Shown piece after piece: positions 1-9,133 of a DNA stretch of 20,000 nt. The DNA is taken from sequence record SRR31156797_2095, one strand, 5' to 3'. The notes beneath the pieces are model-generated. The model was not told the DNA's origin and ran no database searches. It worked only from the letters and a program-made list of their open reading frames with translations. Each line of letters begins with the position of its first letter. The stretch's first letter is position 1. The position numbers and the translations under genes were made by a program.

Positions 1-1
1 G

Positions 2-3000
2 ATAAACGGCACATGGTACATCGACGGCAATGAAAGAAAATTTAAGCGGAGAGCTATTGTCTCTTCTATTAAAAAGATAAATGAAAGTGATGAAATCTCA
101 TATAAAACAGGACTCCAGTTATACGCAGAAGACTCTTCTTCCCAAGGCATTGAGCTAATCGTTGTTACAGGCGACGGGCTTCCAAGTGATGGCGTAAGGA
201 TGGTTAAGAACGACTACGGCTATCTTAAGATTTACTCAGACGACAGCTCATCCGGTATGTACTACTGGATGAACTCAACAGAGAGGGCTGCAATGGTTTC
301 TGCTATGCAGTCAAACGGTTACGCTGAATACGCCTTCACAGCTTATACAGCGAAAACAACTAACTATGAACCATCAGGTAGTGCTCTTCAAACTATTAAG
401 CAGAAGATATATCCTACTGTCCTCCCACTTACTAACACTGAAAGCGACATCGACCCGCACTTTCTGTCTGTATCCGGGATGCAAAGCCACAATATAAGCT
501 CTCTCAGCTCCGGCGGAACACTTAACCTTGCCTATACTGCCGGAACTAACAATATACTCTACGGCGATATTAAATTCGAATGCGAAGATGTTTCTGGCGG
601 GTATCACGACACCTCAGACGATCTGCCTATAGGAACTACAGCTATCTCGGTCGCTCTTCCGACTGCTAACTACAGCCTGCTTCAAGAGTGCTACGCATAC
701 ATATACTACTTCGACTATGCATTCACAAAGATGATCACAAGCTGGAAGTTTATCACCAGCACATCTGAGATGAGTGACGAGGCACTCCTTATCAGCACTG
801 TCAGTAATGTAGACATTAATAATCTGCTCGGAGGAAACTCCGGCTACAGCACTGTTACCACTGATCTCTACCTCCCTGTATCATTAGGCAGTAATATCTC
901 TCTGAGCTGGTCATCGAGCAACACATCTGCTATCTCAAACTCAGGTACTGTCTCAAGACCTTCCGCAAGTTCTGGAGCGATAGATGTCACTCTAACTGCT
1001 ACTGCAACACTTAATCAGGAGAATTACTCACAGGATTTTACATTTACAGTCCTGCCTGAGGATGAAATATATAACTCGGCAAGAGTTTATGCTGGGGCTA
1101 TAGCTGACGGAATTGTAGAAATATATAAAACATCAGATATGAGCTCACCAGTCATAACCACCAACACAAGCTCTGACAGTGACGATGTCTCTCTGATAGG
1201 TCTGTTCCAGTATCCTACTTCATCAATCATTCCTGAAGAGCTATATATAGTTATGGTTTACGGCGGAACAGCATTTGACGCAAATTATCAAGGATCGGAT
1301 CCAGACAGAGGTATGGAGCAGAACCCTGACGGACAGACGCCTGTAGTAACTTTAAACAAAGGAAATGTATATGCTGTCCTTTCCGGCGAAGACCTTATTA
1401 ACGGTAACTTCAGCGTAAATGTACTGACAGATATAGTTTACCGTAAAATATCCTATATGATCTCTGCGGGAATGCCGTATCAGAAGATCGTGGATAAGAT
1501 AGATGAATATGCAAATATGCTCCTCGACGGCAATGATATTGAGATAGATGGACAGATTAACAATGGAGATATTCTCCTTTTTAACCCGTATACTGATATC
1601 GACAGTACAGCTTTCAGTTCACTTTCTCAGTTCTCCAGCTATATGAATGAGATATACAGCAACTCTATGAACTCGTCTTACAAGTACCTCAGTATGATGA
1701 ATTTCTCTGAAGTACATAGTATGACAGCCTATGACACCGCCCACTCATTTATCGAAAATGACATTATATATGTCTCTGAATACGACTATGGTATAAAGAT
1801 ACTAGATGTTAGTGATCTTGCATCGCCAAGCTACCTGGGCGGAATAATGGAAGCAGGCGATTACGTTGTCAAATCAGTAAAGCATGGCGATTATCTCTAT
1901 CTTGCTGACAGAGGAGAAGGCTTTATATCAGTAGATATATCCGACCCTGCATCACCAGCAAAGGCGGATACATTCACTGGTGACAGCTACTCATCTATAT
2001 CGGACATAGCTATCCACTCTAACGGAAACTATGCATATGTAGCTTATTCAGCTTCGTCCTCTGTGAGAATAATAAATATTTCTGATCCGACTAATCTTGT
2101 CGATGTAGGAACCTATAACACTCCGATTGCTATCGGTGAGCTTTATATGGACACCACAAATGACCTGCTCTATGCGGCGGACACATCTGGATATGCAGGG
2201 GCTGTCATTATCAACGTATCAAGTCCTGAATCTCTCTCTCTTCATAATGGTGAAAATATCTTTTATCAGGATGAATATAATACAATATATGATATAGCCG
2301 CAAAAGATGACGGCACTAACAGGGCAGTTTACATCGCTGGGCAAAACTCCATTGAGATTTTTGATGCTACAAACCTAAACACTGTCGCATTCGAAATGAA
2401 TCTAGGTAACGCAATTGCAGTCTCCCTTAAAATAGATAATGACATGCTCTATGTAGGCACAAATCAGTCGGAGGTAACTGTCTTTGACATATCCGATGCA
2501 CTTAGCCCGCAAAAACTATATGAATTAACTCCTGATATAACAGGAACAAATAATATATCCCTCTCTGACGGAATAATTCACTTTAACACCGCATATGGTG
2601 TTCAGATAATTGAAGACAGTGGAAACTTTGCATCAAGACTCGGTGCATATACAGATATGGGTTACGCTTTTAGCTCGATAAAAGGTACAGACTCAAGAGT
2701 TTACGGAGCTGGGTACAAAAACAACAGTAACTATATAGTAGTAATGGACAGCTCAAATCCGGAAGACATCACAAGCCTTAGCAGTCAGGCGTACGGCGAC
2801 TCAAATACAATACAGAGCCTCGCATATGATGAAACATACTTCTCCGACACAGTGTTTGCCACTACATGGGGTAAGACACTTCTGTTCGGTATAAAAGATA
2901 CTGAAACAGTTGATCCGCCAACGCTTTACGCTCCGGGAAGTGGAATAGCCAGACTCGACCCTATAGAAATAGTGGGTGACGAAAACAAGATGATCGTAGG

Positions 3001-6000
3001 TAACAGAGGCAGCTTTGATGTTTTTGACATTTCAGGTGCTCCGGCTTCTGCGACACTTTTAAACACCCATAGCCTCGGCACATCATCTGCACTGCTATAC
3101 AGTGTTATTGAGCGTAACGGTTATGTATACGGTGCTCAGAACTATACAGGGCTTACAGTTTCGCACATTGATACCGGATTTATGGGCGGAATAAACAGCA
3201 GCAACGCATACGGCTTAGCCATTTTTGAAGACAGATACCTTCTGGTTACTGGCTACGAATACGGCGGCGGGATGAACATTTACGATCTGGACACCAGCCC
3301 GACCGACCCTATGCTGGTCGGCAGTATAAACCTCGGACTTGATGGTGATGATATTATAAAAGTCAGCGTGAGTGACAATTTCGCATATGTTTACGATCCA
3401 TACTTTATACACGTAATTGATATCAGCGACGTAAAATTACCTCGCATAATTGCAGCGATACCGACCACAGCAAACAGTGTTGACATCAATGAGGACACTG
3501 TATTCATATCACACTCAGGAGGAGGCGTAACAACTCTCCCTAAAGCCTCGGTATCACTCCCATATAAAACATTTTCAATGGAGTTTCTCGCAACTGCACA
3601 GGATGAGCTTTCACTTGCAACAATACTCGGCTCTAATCCATCTTCAACAGCAATAGATTTAGACCTAAACCTTCCGGACAGTCTCACAAGCGGAGCCTAT
3701 GTGAGCTGGATTCTTGATGATAACGGCTATATCCTCTCAAACGGAACACTCGACCCTCCGACCTATCAGGACGGCGACACAACCGTATACATATACGCTA
3801 ATGTATCATACGGAAATGAGTCATACATATTAGGCTACGAACTTACTGTGCTCTCACTCCCTCCTACAGATGACGATCTTGCTGAAGAGGCGTTAAGTAT
3901 GCTTACGATTGAGGACATACTCGCAGGAAACTCCGACGGAGATAACATCCTTACAGACATGAACCTCCCTACTTCAATAAGCGATGGTATTTCCTTATCG
4001 TGGGATGTAGGAAATGCTCTCTCTATTAATAGCTCAGGTGTTGTAACCAGACCAGCTTTCGGCGTAGGGAACGAACCGGTGACTCTCTCAGCTTCTGCAT
4101 GGTATGGCGGCTCTGACGTACACAACAGAACTTTTGACATAACCATCCTCGCTGAAGATGCTGTTAATATTAACGTAGACGTTGGTTATGGAGGATACAT
4201 AGGGGACTACTCCATGTATGCAGGTGAATACTATCTTTATTACTACGACAAAGTAAACGAGACGATGTCCGTAGACGCAAGTAGTTCAACCCCGAACTAC
4301 AGTGGTCCAGATGTTGATGCTGGTGGTGACTTTACATTTATCGCTAACCAGAACAACTCTGTTAGCTCTGGCGATATCTTTATCTTAAGCGTATTTGGAG
4401 GAACACTGCAAGACGTTGACTACAACGGAGAGATAGATGATCCGGTAACTGATAACTTCGGAGCTTTACACGCTATACTCCCTGGTGATGCTATTGGTAC
4501 TGACGGCAATACTGTCGGCGTAAACATAATAACCGACATCATCTTCCATAACGTCGAATATATGATCGAAGCTGGTATGACCTCAACTGAGATTATGGCG
4601 GCAGCAAACGCATATGCGCAAAAGCTTATAACCTCTGACATTAACTCTGACTATGTAATAGACTATAAAGATGCTCTGGCTATCAACGCTTACAGCGACT
4701 ATGGCATTACAAATATAATTGACGGAAGCTCAACGAATAAGACAAGCCTAAGCACTGATTATATTCAGGCATACATTAATAAGCTAGCAAATCATATAAT
4801 TATACCTACTGACTATACGGCACCATTTAATAATGTGCAGTTCTCAATAGGAAACTCAAGTGATGTAAATGAGTTTATAAGTGTAAAAAACGGCTACATA
4901 TCTCTTATCTCTGATGAGGCAAAGGTTTCCTCATACGAAATCAACGATGGGTTACACTCTCAATATGTAATTAATGACGTCATCCATGACTCATCACCTG
5001 CTATGATTACTGATGTTGCTGACATAGTAGTAACAGACTCTTACGCAGCTTTGGCGAAGCAGAGCGAGCCGTTCATACATATATTAGAAACCTTCACAGA
5101 TTCAACAACACCGATAGGTAATAACTCAATATTTGAGCTAGGAAGTGATTTCATATCAGAAAAGCTTCTTGCTGATGAAACAAACAACATACCTTATGAA
5201 ATTTATACCGATACCGGATCTCTCTATCTGAATGCATATAATATGGCTGACCCTTCATCACCTACTGATATGATAGCTGATTTATTAGTGGCAGCAGCGA
5301 GCACACTTAAAGACGCTGTAATCGACAGCAGTGGAGACTATATATATGTAGTCGTTGATGAAGGCTATATTTATCCGGTGGACATAAGCGCTGTAAGGGC
5401 GGCGGGTTCACCTTCTACACTCACATCCAAAAAGAGCTCATACGCTGGTTCATCAGTCTATGATGCTGATATCAAAGACAGCACACATCTCTATGTTGCA
5501 ACTGATTCCGGAGTTGAGGTTTTTGATCTTTCGACACTGCCATCAGCGGCAGCTACGGGTAGTATAGCTATCAGCTCAGCCTCAGATATCCGTAATCTGG
5601 AAGTTGCCAGCGGTTACTTGTACGCATTTAACTACGACCTATATGCGCCGCAGAAATACTGCATAGATACTCCTCTCTCACCGAGCCTCGAAAAATCTAT
5701 GACAGACAGAAAGCTAACTAGCTCTGTGGTTGACATGGAATACGGATATGATGGAATCCTCTATGTAGCGAGTTCAACAGAACTGGTTGCTTATAACCCT
5801 GACATCACTCAAACCAGCTATTACGGTGAAACATTTTCTAACGGAAAATATGTAAGAGACGTCGCTGTGGATGGAGCAAAAGCTTATGTAGCTGTTAATG
5901 ATACAGCGCTGAATGTGTACGACATTACGGATATAAAGAACATCTCAGTCGCTTCCGGCGGAACACCGGACACACCGGATAGCGGAACGTATGACGGTTA

Positions 6001-6787
6001 TCTGGTAGATGTTTACGGCAGCCACGCAGTTGTTATGACTGCTGATTCACTGCTTAGATACACTACATCTAACCTTGCAGACAGCGTGAAAGTAAGCCCT
6101 GCTGACACAACAGTTTACACTGACATGTATATCGACAGCACAGGCGACATCTACGCATCAGGTGCCCAGATGACAATGCCGGTAGACGTTGTTTTGATTG
6201 AGCCAATTATAGATATAGCATCTGTAGCAACTATGGATTCTACTGTAGACAGGATCATACCTGGTGCATCAACCGTTACTATGGAAGCTCTGATAAAGGC
6301 GACTAACTTCGTGTTCTACTCTGATAAAACAGATACTTCTATCAACTATGTAGGAAATCTTCCTGCTGGTGATATGACAGGAGTCGCTACAGATCCAACG
6401 GGTATTGGTGACCTTGGTATGATTAATGATACAATATTACTACTGGATTCTAATAACTCAAATCTCGAGTTGTATTCGTACAATAGCTCAACAGGGGACG
6501 CAACCCAAATAACCTCCCTGTCAGTCTCTGATGATGTGAAAAAGGTGTATGCTGATGAAAGCAACAGCTACATTTACATCACTCATTCTGCTGGTGTTTC
6601 AGTTGTTTACTGGGATGGCGGATCGACACTTGAGTATTCTGCCTTCCTCCCTTCGGCGGGCAATACGATGAACGTAGATGCTGATAATGACTATCTGTAT
6701 ATAGCTAGCGGGCTTGGCGGGCTGCACGTTGTTCCTCTGATAAAAGGTGACTACGTGATACCTGATAACGGACGCGACCCAAGTTAA
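2..6787 (+). CDS. Giant secreted/surface-type protein, 5'-partial: 3 atrophied bacterial Ig-like domains, 2 LVIVD-repeat beta-propeller regions and 2 copies of an unnamed domain with Ca-binding-like loops
   Basis: The frame of the 200..6787 ORF is open back to position 2 (INGTWYIDGNERK...VVTGDGLPSDGVRM), so the real start lies upstream of the window. The Ig-like motif 'D(L/M)xLP......xSW......I.S.G..' occurs at ~820-1060, ~3620-3855 and ~3914-4153. LVIVD-type repeats (YLYLADRGEGFISVDISDPASP, FAYVYDPYFIHVIDISDVKLP, YLYIASGLGGLHVV) occur at ~1750-3540 and ~4860-6740. Composition is acidic and S/T/D/Y-rich. Confidence 0.85.
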   Translation: MNGTWYIDGNERKFKRRAIVSSIKKINESDEISYKTGLQLYAEDSSSQGIELIVVTGDGLPSDGVRMVKNDYGYLKIYSDDSSSGMYYWMNSTERAAMVSAMQSNGYAEYAFTAYTAKTTNYEPSGSALQTIKQKIYPTVLPLTNTESDIDPHFLSVSGMQSHNISSLSSGGTLNLAYTAGTNNILYGDIKFECEDVSGGYHDTSDDLPIGTTAISVALPTANYSLLQECYAYIYYFDYAFTKMITSWKFITSTSEMSDEALLISTVSNVDINNLLGGNSGYSTVTTDLYLPVSLGSNISLSWSSSNTSAISNSGTVSRPSASSGAIDVTLTATATLNQENYSQDFTFTVLPEDEIYNSARVYAGAIADGIVEIYKTSDMSSPVITTNTSSDSDDVSLIGLFQYPTSSIIPEELYIVMVYGGTAFDANYQGSDPDRGMEQNPDGQTPVVTLNKGNVYAVLSGEDLINGNFSVNVLTDIVYRKISYMISAGMPYQKIVDKIDEYANMLLDGNDIEIDGQINNGDILLFNPYTDIDSTAFSSLSQFSSYMNEIYSNSMNSSYKYLSMMNFSEVHSMTAYDTAHSFIENDIIYVSEYDYGIKILDVSDLASPSYLGGIMEAGDYVVKSVKHGDYLYLADRGEGFISVDISDPASPAKADTFTGDSYSSISDIAIHSNGNYAYVAYSASSSVRIINISDPTNLVDVGTYNTPIAIGELYMDTTNDLLYAADTSGYAGAVIINVSSPESLSLHNGENIFYQDEYNTIYDIAAKDDGTNRAVYIAGQNSIEIFDATNLNTVAFEMNLGNAIAVSLKIDNDMLYVGTNQSEVTVFDISDALSPQKLYELTPDITGTNNISLSDGIIHFNTAYGVQIIEDSGNFASRLGAYTDMGYAFSSIKGTDSRVYGAGYKNNSNYIVVMDSSNPEDITSLSSQAYGDSNTIQSLAYDETYFSDTVFATTWGKTLLFGIKDTETVDPPTLYAPGSGIARLDPIEIVGDENKMIVGNRGSFDVFDISGAPASATLLNTHSLGTSSALLYSVIERNGYVYGAQNYTGLTVSHIDTGFMGGINSSNAYGLAIFEDRYLLVTGYEYGGGMNIYDLDTSPTDPMLVGSINLGLDGDDIIKVSVSDNFAYVYDPYFIHVIDISDVKLPRIIAAIPTTANSVDINEDTVFISHSGGGVTTLPKASVSLPYKTFSMEFLATAQDELSLATILGSNPSSTAIDLDLNLPDSLTSGAYVSWILDDNGYILSNGTLDPPTYQDGDTTVYIYANVSYGNESYILGYELTVLSLPPTDDDLAEEALSMLTIEDILAGNSDGDNILTDMNLPTSISDGISLSWDVGNALSINSSGVVTRPAFGVGNEPVTLSASAWYGGSDVHNRTFDITILAEDAVNINVDVGYGGYIGDYSMYAGEYYLYYYDKVNETMSVDASSSTPNYSGPDVDAGGDFTFIANQNNSVSSGDIFILSVFGGTLQDVDYNGEIDDPVTDNFGALHAILPGDAIGTDGNTVGVNIITDIIFHNVEYMIEAGMTSTEIMAAANAYAQKLITSDINSDYVIDYKDALAINAYSDYGITNIIDGSSTNKTSLSTDYIQAYINKLANHIIIPTDYTAPFNNVQFSIGNSSDVNEFISVKNGYISLISDEAKVSSYEINDGLHSQYVINDVIHDSSPAMITDVADIVVTDSYAALAKQSEPFIHILETFTDSTTPIGNNSIFELGSDFISEKLLADETNNIPYEIYTDTGSLYLNAYNMADPSSPTDMIADLLVAAASTLKDAVIDSSGDYIYVVVDEGYIYPVDISAVRAAGSPSTLTSKKSSYAGSSVYDADIKDSTHLYVATDSGVEVFDLSTLPSAAATGSIAISSASDIRNLEVASGYLYAFNYDLYAPQKYCIDTPLSPSLEKSMTDRKLTSSVVDMEYGYDGILYVASSTELVAYNPDITQTSYYGETFSNGKYVRDVAVDGAKAYVAVNDTALNVYDITDIKNISVASGGTPDTPDSGTYDGYLVDVYGSHAVVMTADSLLRYTTSNLADSVKVSPADTTVYTDMYIDSTGDIYASGAQMTMPVDVVLIEPIIDIASVATMDSTVDRIIPGASTVTMEALIKATNFVFYSDKTDTSINYVGNLPAGDMTGVATDPTGIGDLGMINDTILLLDSNNSNLELYSYNSSTGDATQITSLSVSDDVKKVYADESNSYIYITHSAGVSVVYWDGGSTLEYSAFLPSAGNTMNVDADNDYLYIASGLGGLHVVPLIKGDYVIPDNGRDPS

Positions 6788-6810
6788 GCAGATGTCGCTT
6801 ATTTACTAAC

Positions 6811-6839
6811 AAAAAAAGGGGAACCAAACGGTTCCCCTT
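6811..6839 (-). terminator. Intrinsic terminator between convergent genes (U-tract on minus strand; possibly bidirectional)
   Basis: AAGGGGAACC-AAAC-GGTTCCCCTT is a perfect 10-bp stem (6816-6839), preceded on the + strand by A7 (6811-6817). Confidence 0.85.
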
Positions 6840-6869
6840 ACTATTTTCGATATTTAACTTTAATCAGGT

Positions 6870-7811
6870 TCATAACCTGTTGTGCGGTACTTCGCCTTTA
6901 AAAACTTGTATAAGCGAATCACAGCAAAGCCTTGCCATAGCCTCACGGGTTGCATAGCTTCCGCTTCCGATATGCGGAGCAAGCACGACATTATCAAGTT
7001 TGAAAAGTCCGTCATCAATCTTCGGCTCTTCCTCATAAACATCAAGCCCAGCGGAAAAGATAAGCTTGCTCTCAAGAGCACGCACAAGGTCTTTCTCTTT
7101 GATTATCTCGCCACGACCGATATTTACCAGGATAGCGGAAGACTTCATCTGTACAAAAGTCTCCAGAGTAAATTTATGCTTAGTCCCCTCATTAGCAGGG
7201 GCAGTAATTATCAGAAAGTCAGATTTGCGGATAAGCTCTTCAAAAGATACTTTTGTCGCTCCGGTGAGAAGCTCCGCCTGTGGTTTCTTAGAACGTGAGT
7301 TATAGATAATATCCATATTAAAACCGGATGCCATCTTAGCAACCGCCTGCCCTATCCTTCCGAAGCCGAAAACCCCTAGTGTCTTCCCATACAAATCCAT
7401 ACCGAGGAAAAGATCAGGCTTCCACCCTTTAAACTTCTTCTTACGGGTAAATGTATCCGACTCAGAAATTCGCCTCGCCGCAGACATCATCAGTGAAAAG
7501 CCAAGTTCAGCAGTGGTCTGTGTCAGGACATCAGGAGTGTTGCACACAGTGACACCAAGTTCGTTAGCCGACTTAATATCTATATTATTATACCCGACGG
7601 CGTAGTTAGCCACTACTTTCAGATTTTTACACGACTCAAGCAAATCACGGTCAATTTTATCTGAGAGCATGGATATTATCCCGTCTGCGTCCTCTGCACG
7701 CTTCTTTAGCTCTTTAGCCGTAAGAGCCTTCCCTTTATTATAGTCGAGTTCATGCCCTTTCAGATATTCCTCTACATCAAACGGAAGCTCAGCAGTAATA
7801 AGTATTTTCAT
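6870..7811 (-). CDS. D-isomer-specific 2-hydroxyacid dehydrogenase (glyoxylate/hydroxypyruvate reductase, D-glycerate dehydrogenase-like)
   Basis: 313 aa; AVGYNNID, NTPDVLT, Rossmann GVFGFGRIG, catalytic R (NIGRG), E (DVYEEEP) and H (PHIGS). Confidence 0.92.
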   Translation of the reverse strand: MKILITAELPFDVEEYLKGHELDYNKGKALTAKELKKRAEDADGIISMLSDKIDRDLLESCKNLKVVANYAVGYNNIDIKSANELGVTVCNTPDVLTQTTAELGFSLMMSAARRISESDTFTRKKKFKGWKPDLFLGMDLYGKTLGVFGFGRIGQAVAKMASGFNMDIIYNSRSKKPQAELLTGATKVSFEELIRKSDFLIITAPANEGTKHKFTLETFVQMKSSAILVNIGRGEIIKEKDLVRALESKLIFSAGLDVYEEEPKIDDGLFKLDNVVLAPHIGSGSYATREAMARLCCDSLIQVFKGEVPHNRL

Positions 7812-7825
7812 TTTAATACCCCATC

Positions 7826-7905
7826 AGGTTTGCAGCGCAAACCGCAAAACTAGGTCGCACAACATGCGATCACAGTATTGTAATAAGCCACCAGTGCTAG
7901 CCGGT
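7826..7905 (+). repeat. Dispersed multi-hairpin element, copy A
   Basis: AGGTTTGC-AGC-GCAAACC ... GGTCGCA-CAACA-TGCGATC ACAGTATTGTAAT AAGCC ACCAGT-GCTA-GCCGGT; aligns along its length with the copies at 14.7-14.9 kb and 19.8-20 kb. Confidence 0.75.
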
Positions 7906-8408
7906 TATTTGTACTTTTTGCGGCGAAAGAGATCAGTACGCTTAGAAATCACTCTATCTATAAAGAGCGTACCCTCAAGGTGGTCGGTTTCGTGCTGAAT
8001 AAGTACAGCCTCAAATTCCTCCGCCTCGATAACTCTCTCTTCGAAATTCTCGTCTTTAAATTTGATAAGTATCTTGCGTGCACGGTTAACATTACCTGTA
8101 AAATCAGGCACAGACATACATCCTTCACGAAACTGAAGCATACCTTCCCACTTCATAATCTCAGGGTTGATCATTATCAGCCTGCCGTGATGGTTTTCAC
8201 ACTTTTTATTCTTAGAAGCATCAGCCACAACAATCCGCAGGTTTTCACCTATCTGTGTGGCAGCAATTCCGGTTGAGTGACCGGAAGCCTCCATAGTATC
8301 AAGCAGATCCTGAATGACCTGCTTCGCTTTATCGTCAAGTTCCTCGACATCATCCGCCATCTCTTTCAGGCGTGGGTCAGGATATTTAAGTACTTCTCTA
8401 ACTGCCAT
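7905..8408 (-). CDS. def: Peptide deformylase
   Basis: 167 aa with all three PDF motifs: TGIAATQIG, EGCMS and QHETDHLEG. Confidence 0.95.
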   Translation of the reverse strand: MAVREVLKYPDPRLKEMADDVEELDDKAKQVIQDLLDTMEASGHSTGIAATQIGENLRIVVADASKNKKCENHHGRLIMINPEIMKWEGMLQFREGCMSVPDFTGNVNRARKILIKFKDENFEERVIEAEEFEAVLIQHETDHLEGTLFIDRVISKRTDLFRRKKYK

Positions 8409-8951
8409 TTAAAACTCGTATGTCTCTATATGTCTGATATTTACGTCGGTGCCAAGCTCACGGGAAATCTTTTTAAGATCGTCTTCCCAACCGCTAACAT
8501 CAGCATCGTCCTCGATGATTACTTCAAGCACCATGATATATATAGGGCTTTCATCTGAGCCTGCAACCTTTGTCTGCAGATCCATAATATTTATCTTTCT
8601 TTCTGACAGATAGTCAGCGATCTTATTAACTATTCCCGGTTTGTCAGAGCCATAAACAGAGATAACATAGTGCTCTCCCTCAGGCTTTGCTACAGGTTCG
8701 CTGATACTCTGGACATAAACTTCTATGTCCATCTCAGACTCCAAACCGCCAAAAAGTTTTTTAATATCAGCCGCACTGCGCCCCTCAGGACAATTCACGA
8801 TAAAAATCGCAGAGAAAAAGCCCTGAAGCATAGTGGAGCTCGAATCCTCTATATTAAAATTATTCTCAAAAAACACCCTGGAAACGCCGGCAACAATGCC
8901 CGGTCTGTCTGACGCAATAAGCGTGACAGCGAAAAGATTTTCTGTGTTCAT
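8409..8951 (-). CDS. Tandem ACT-domain protein (GcvR-like / amino-acid-binding)
   Basis: Two ACT repeats (ASDRPGIVAGVSRVF...NIEDSS; GSDKPGIVNKIADYL...NIMDLQ). The ATG at 8951 follows a GAGGTG Shine-Dalgarno and is preferred over the ORF-track start at 8963. The stop directly abuts the def start (TAAATG). Confidence 0.85.
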   Translation of the reverse strand: MNTENLFAVTLIASDRPGIVAGVSRVFFENNFNIEDSSSTMLQGFFSAIFIVNCPEGRSAADIKKLFGGLESEMDIEVYVQSISEPVAKPEGEHYVISVYGSDKPGIVNKIADYLSERKINIMDLQTKVAGSDESPIYIMVLEVIIEDDADVSGWEDDLKKISRELGTDVNIRHIETYEF

Positions 8952-9082
8952 ATTACACCTCAATTACAAGATACTTCTTTTAGTATAGTCAGCTGAAAGG
9001 GCTTTGGCAAGATACAAGCTTCTGTTCATAACAATTACGAGCAGTTTAATCCGAATAAAGGTATTTCTAACCAAGATAACAC

Positions 9083-9112
9083 TTGAAAAAGACACGGTGT
9101 CAGCAATATAAT
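9083..9112 (+). promoter_or_regulatory. Putative sigma70 promoter of clpC
   Basis: TTGAAA (9083-9088), 18-nt spacer, TATAAT (9107-9112); GAGG SD before the ATG at 9134. The spacer contains the palindrome GACAC-G-GTGTC. Confidence 0.55.
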
Positions 9113-9133
9113 ATAGGATGAGAGGAATATAAC

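Noticed and set aside
200-202. ATG at 200 as the true start of the giant protein
   Set aside because: The frame is open to the window edge with protein-like sequence, and no signal peptide follows this Met.
7826-7905. Riboswitch, tRNA or known self-cleaving ribozyme upstream of the dehydrogenase
   Set aside because: No T-loop/anticodon cloverleaf, hammerhead core or riboswitch consensus that I recognise, and homologous copies occur outside 5' leaders. An Rfam scan is still needed.
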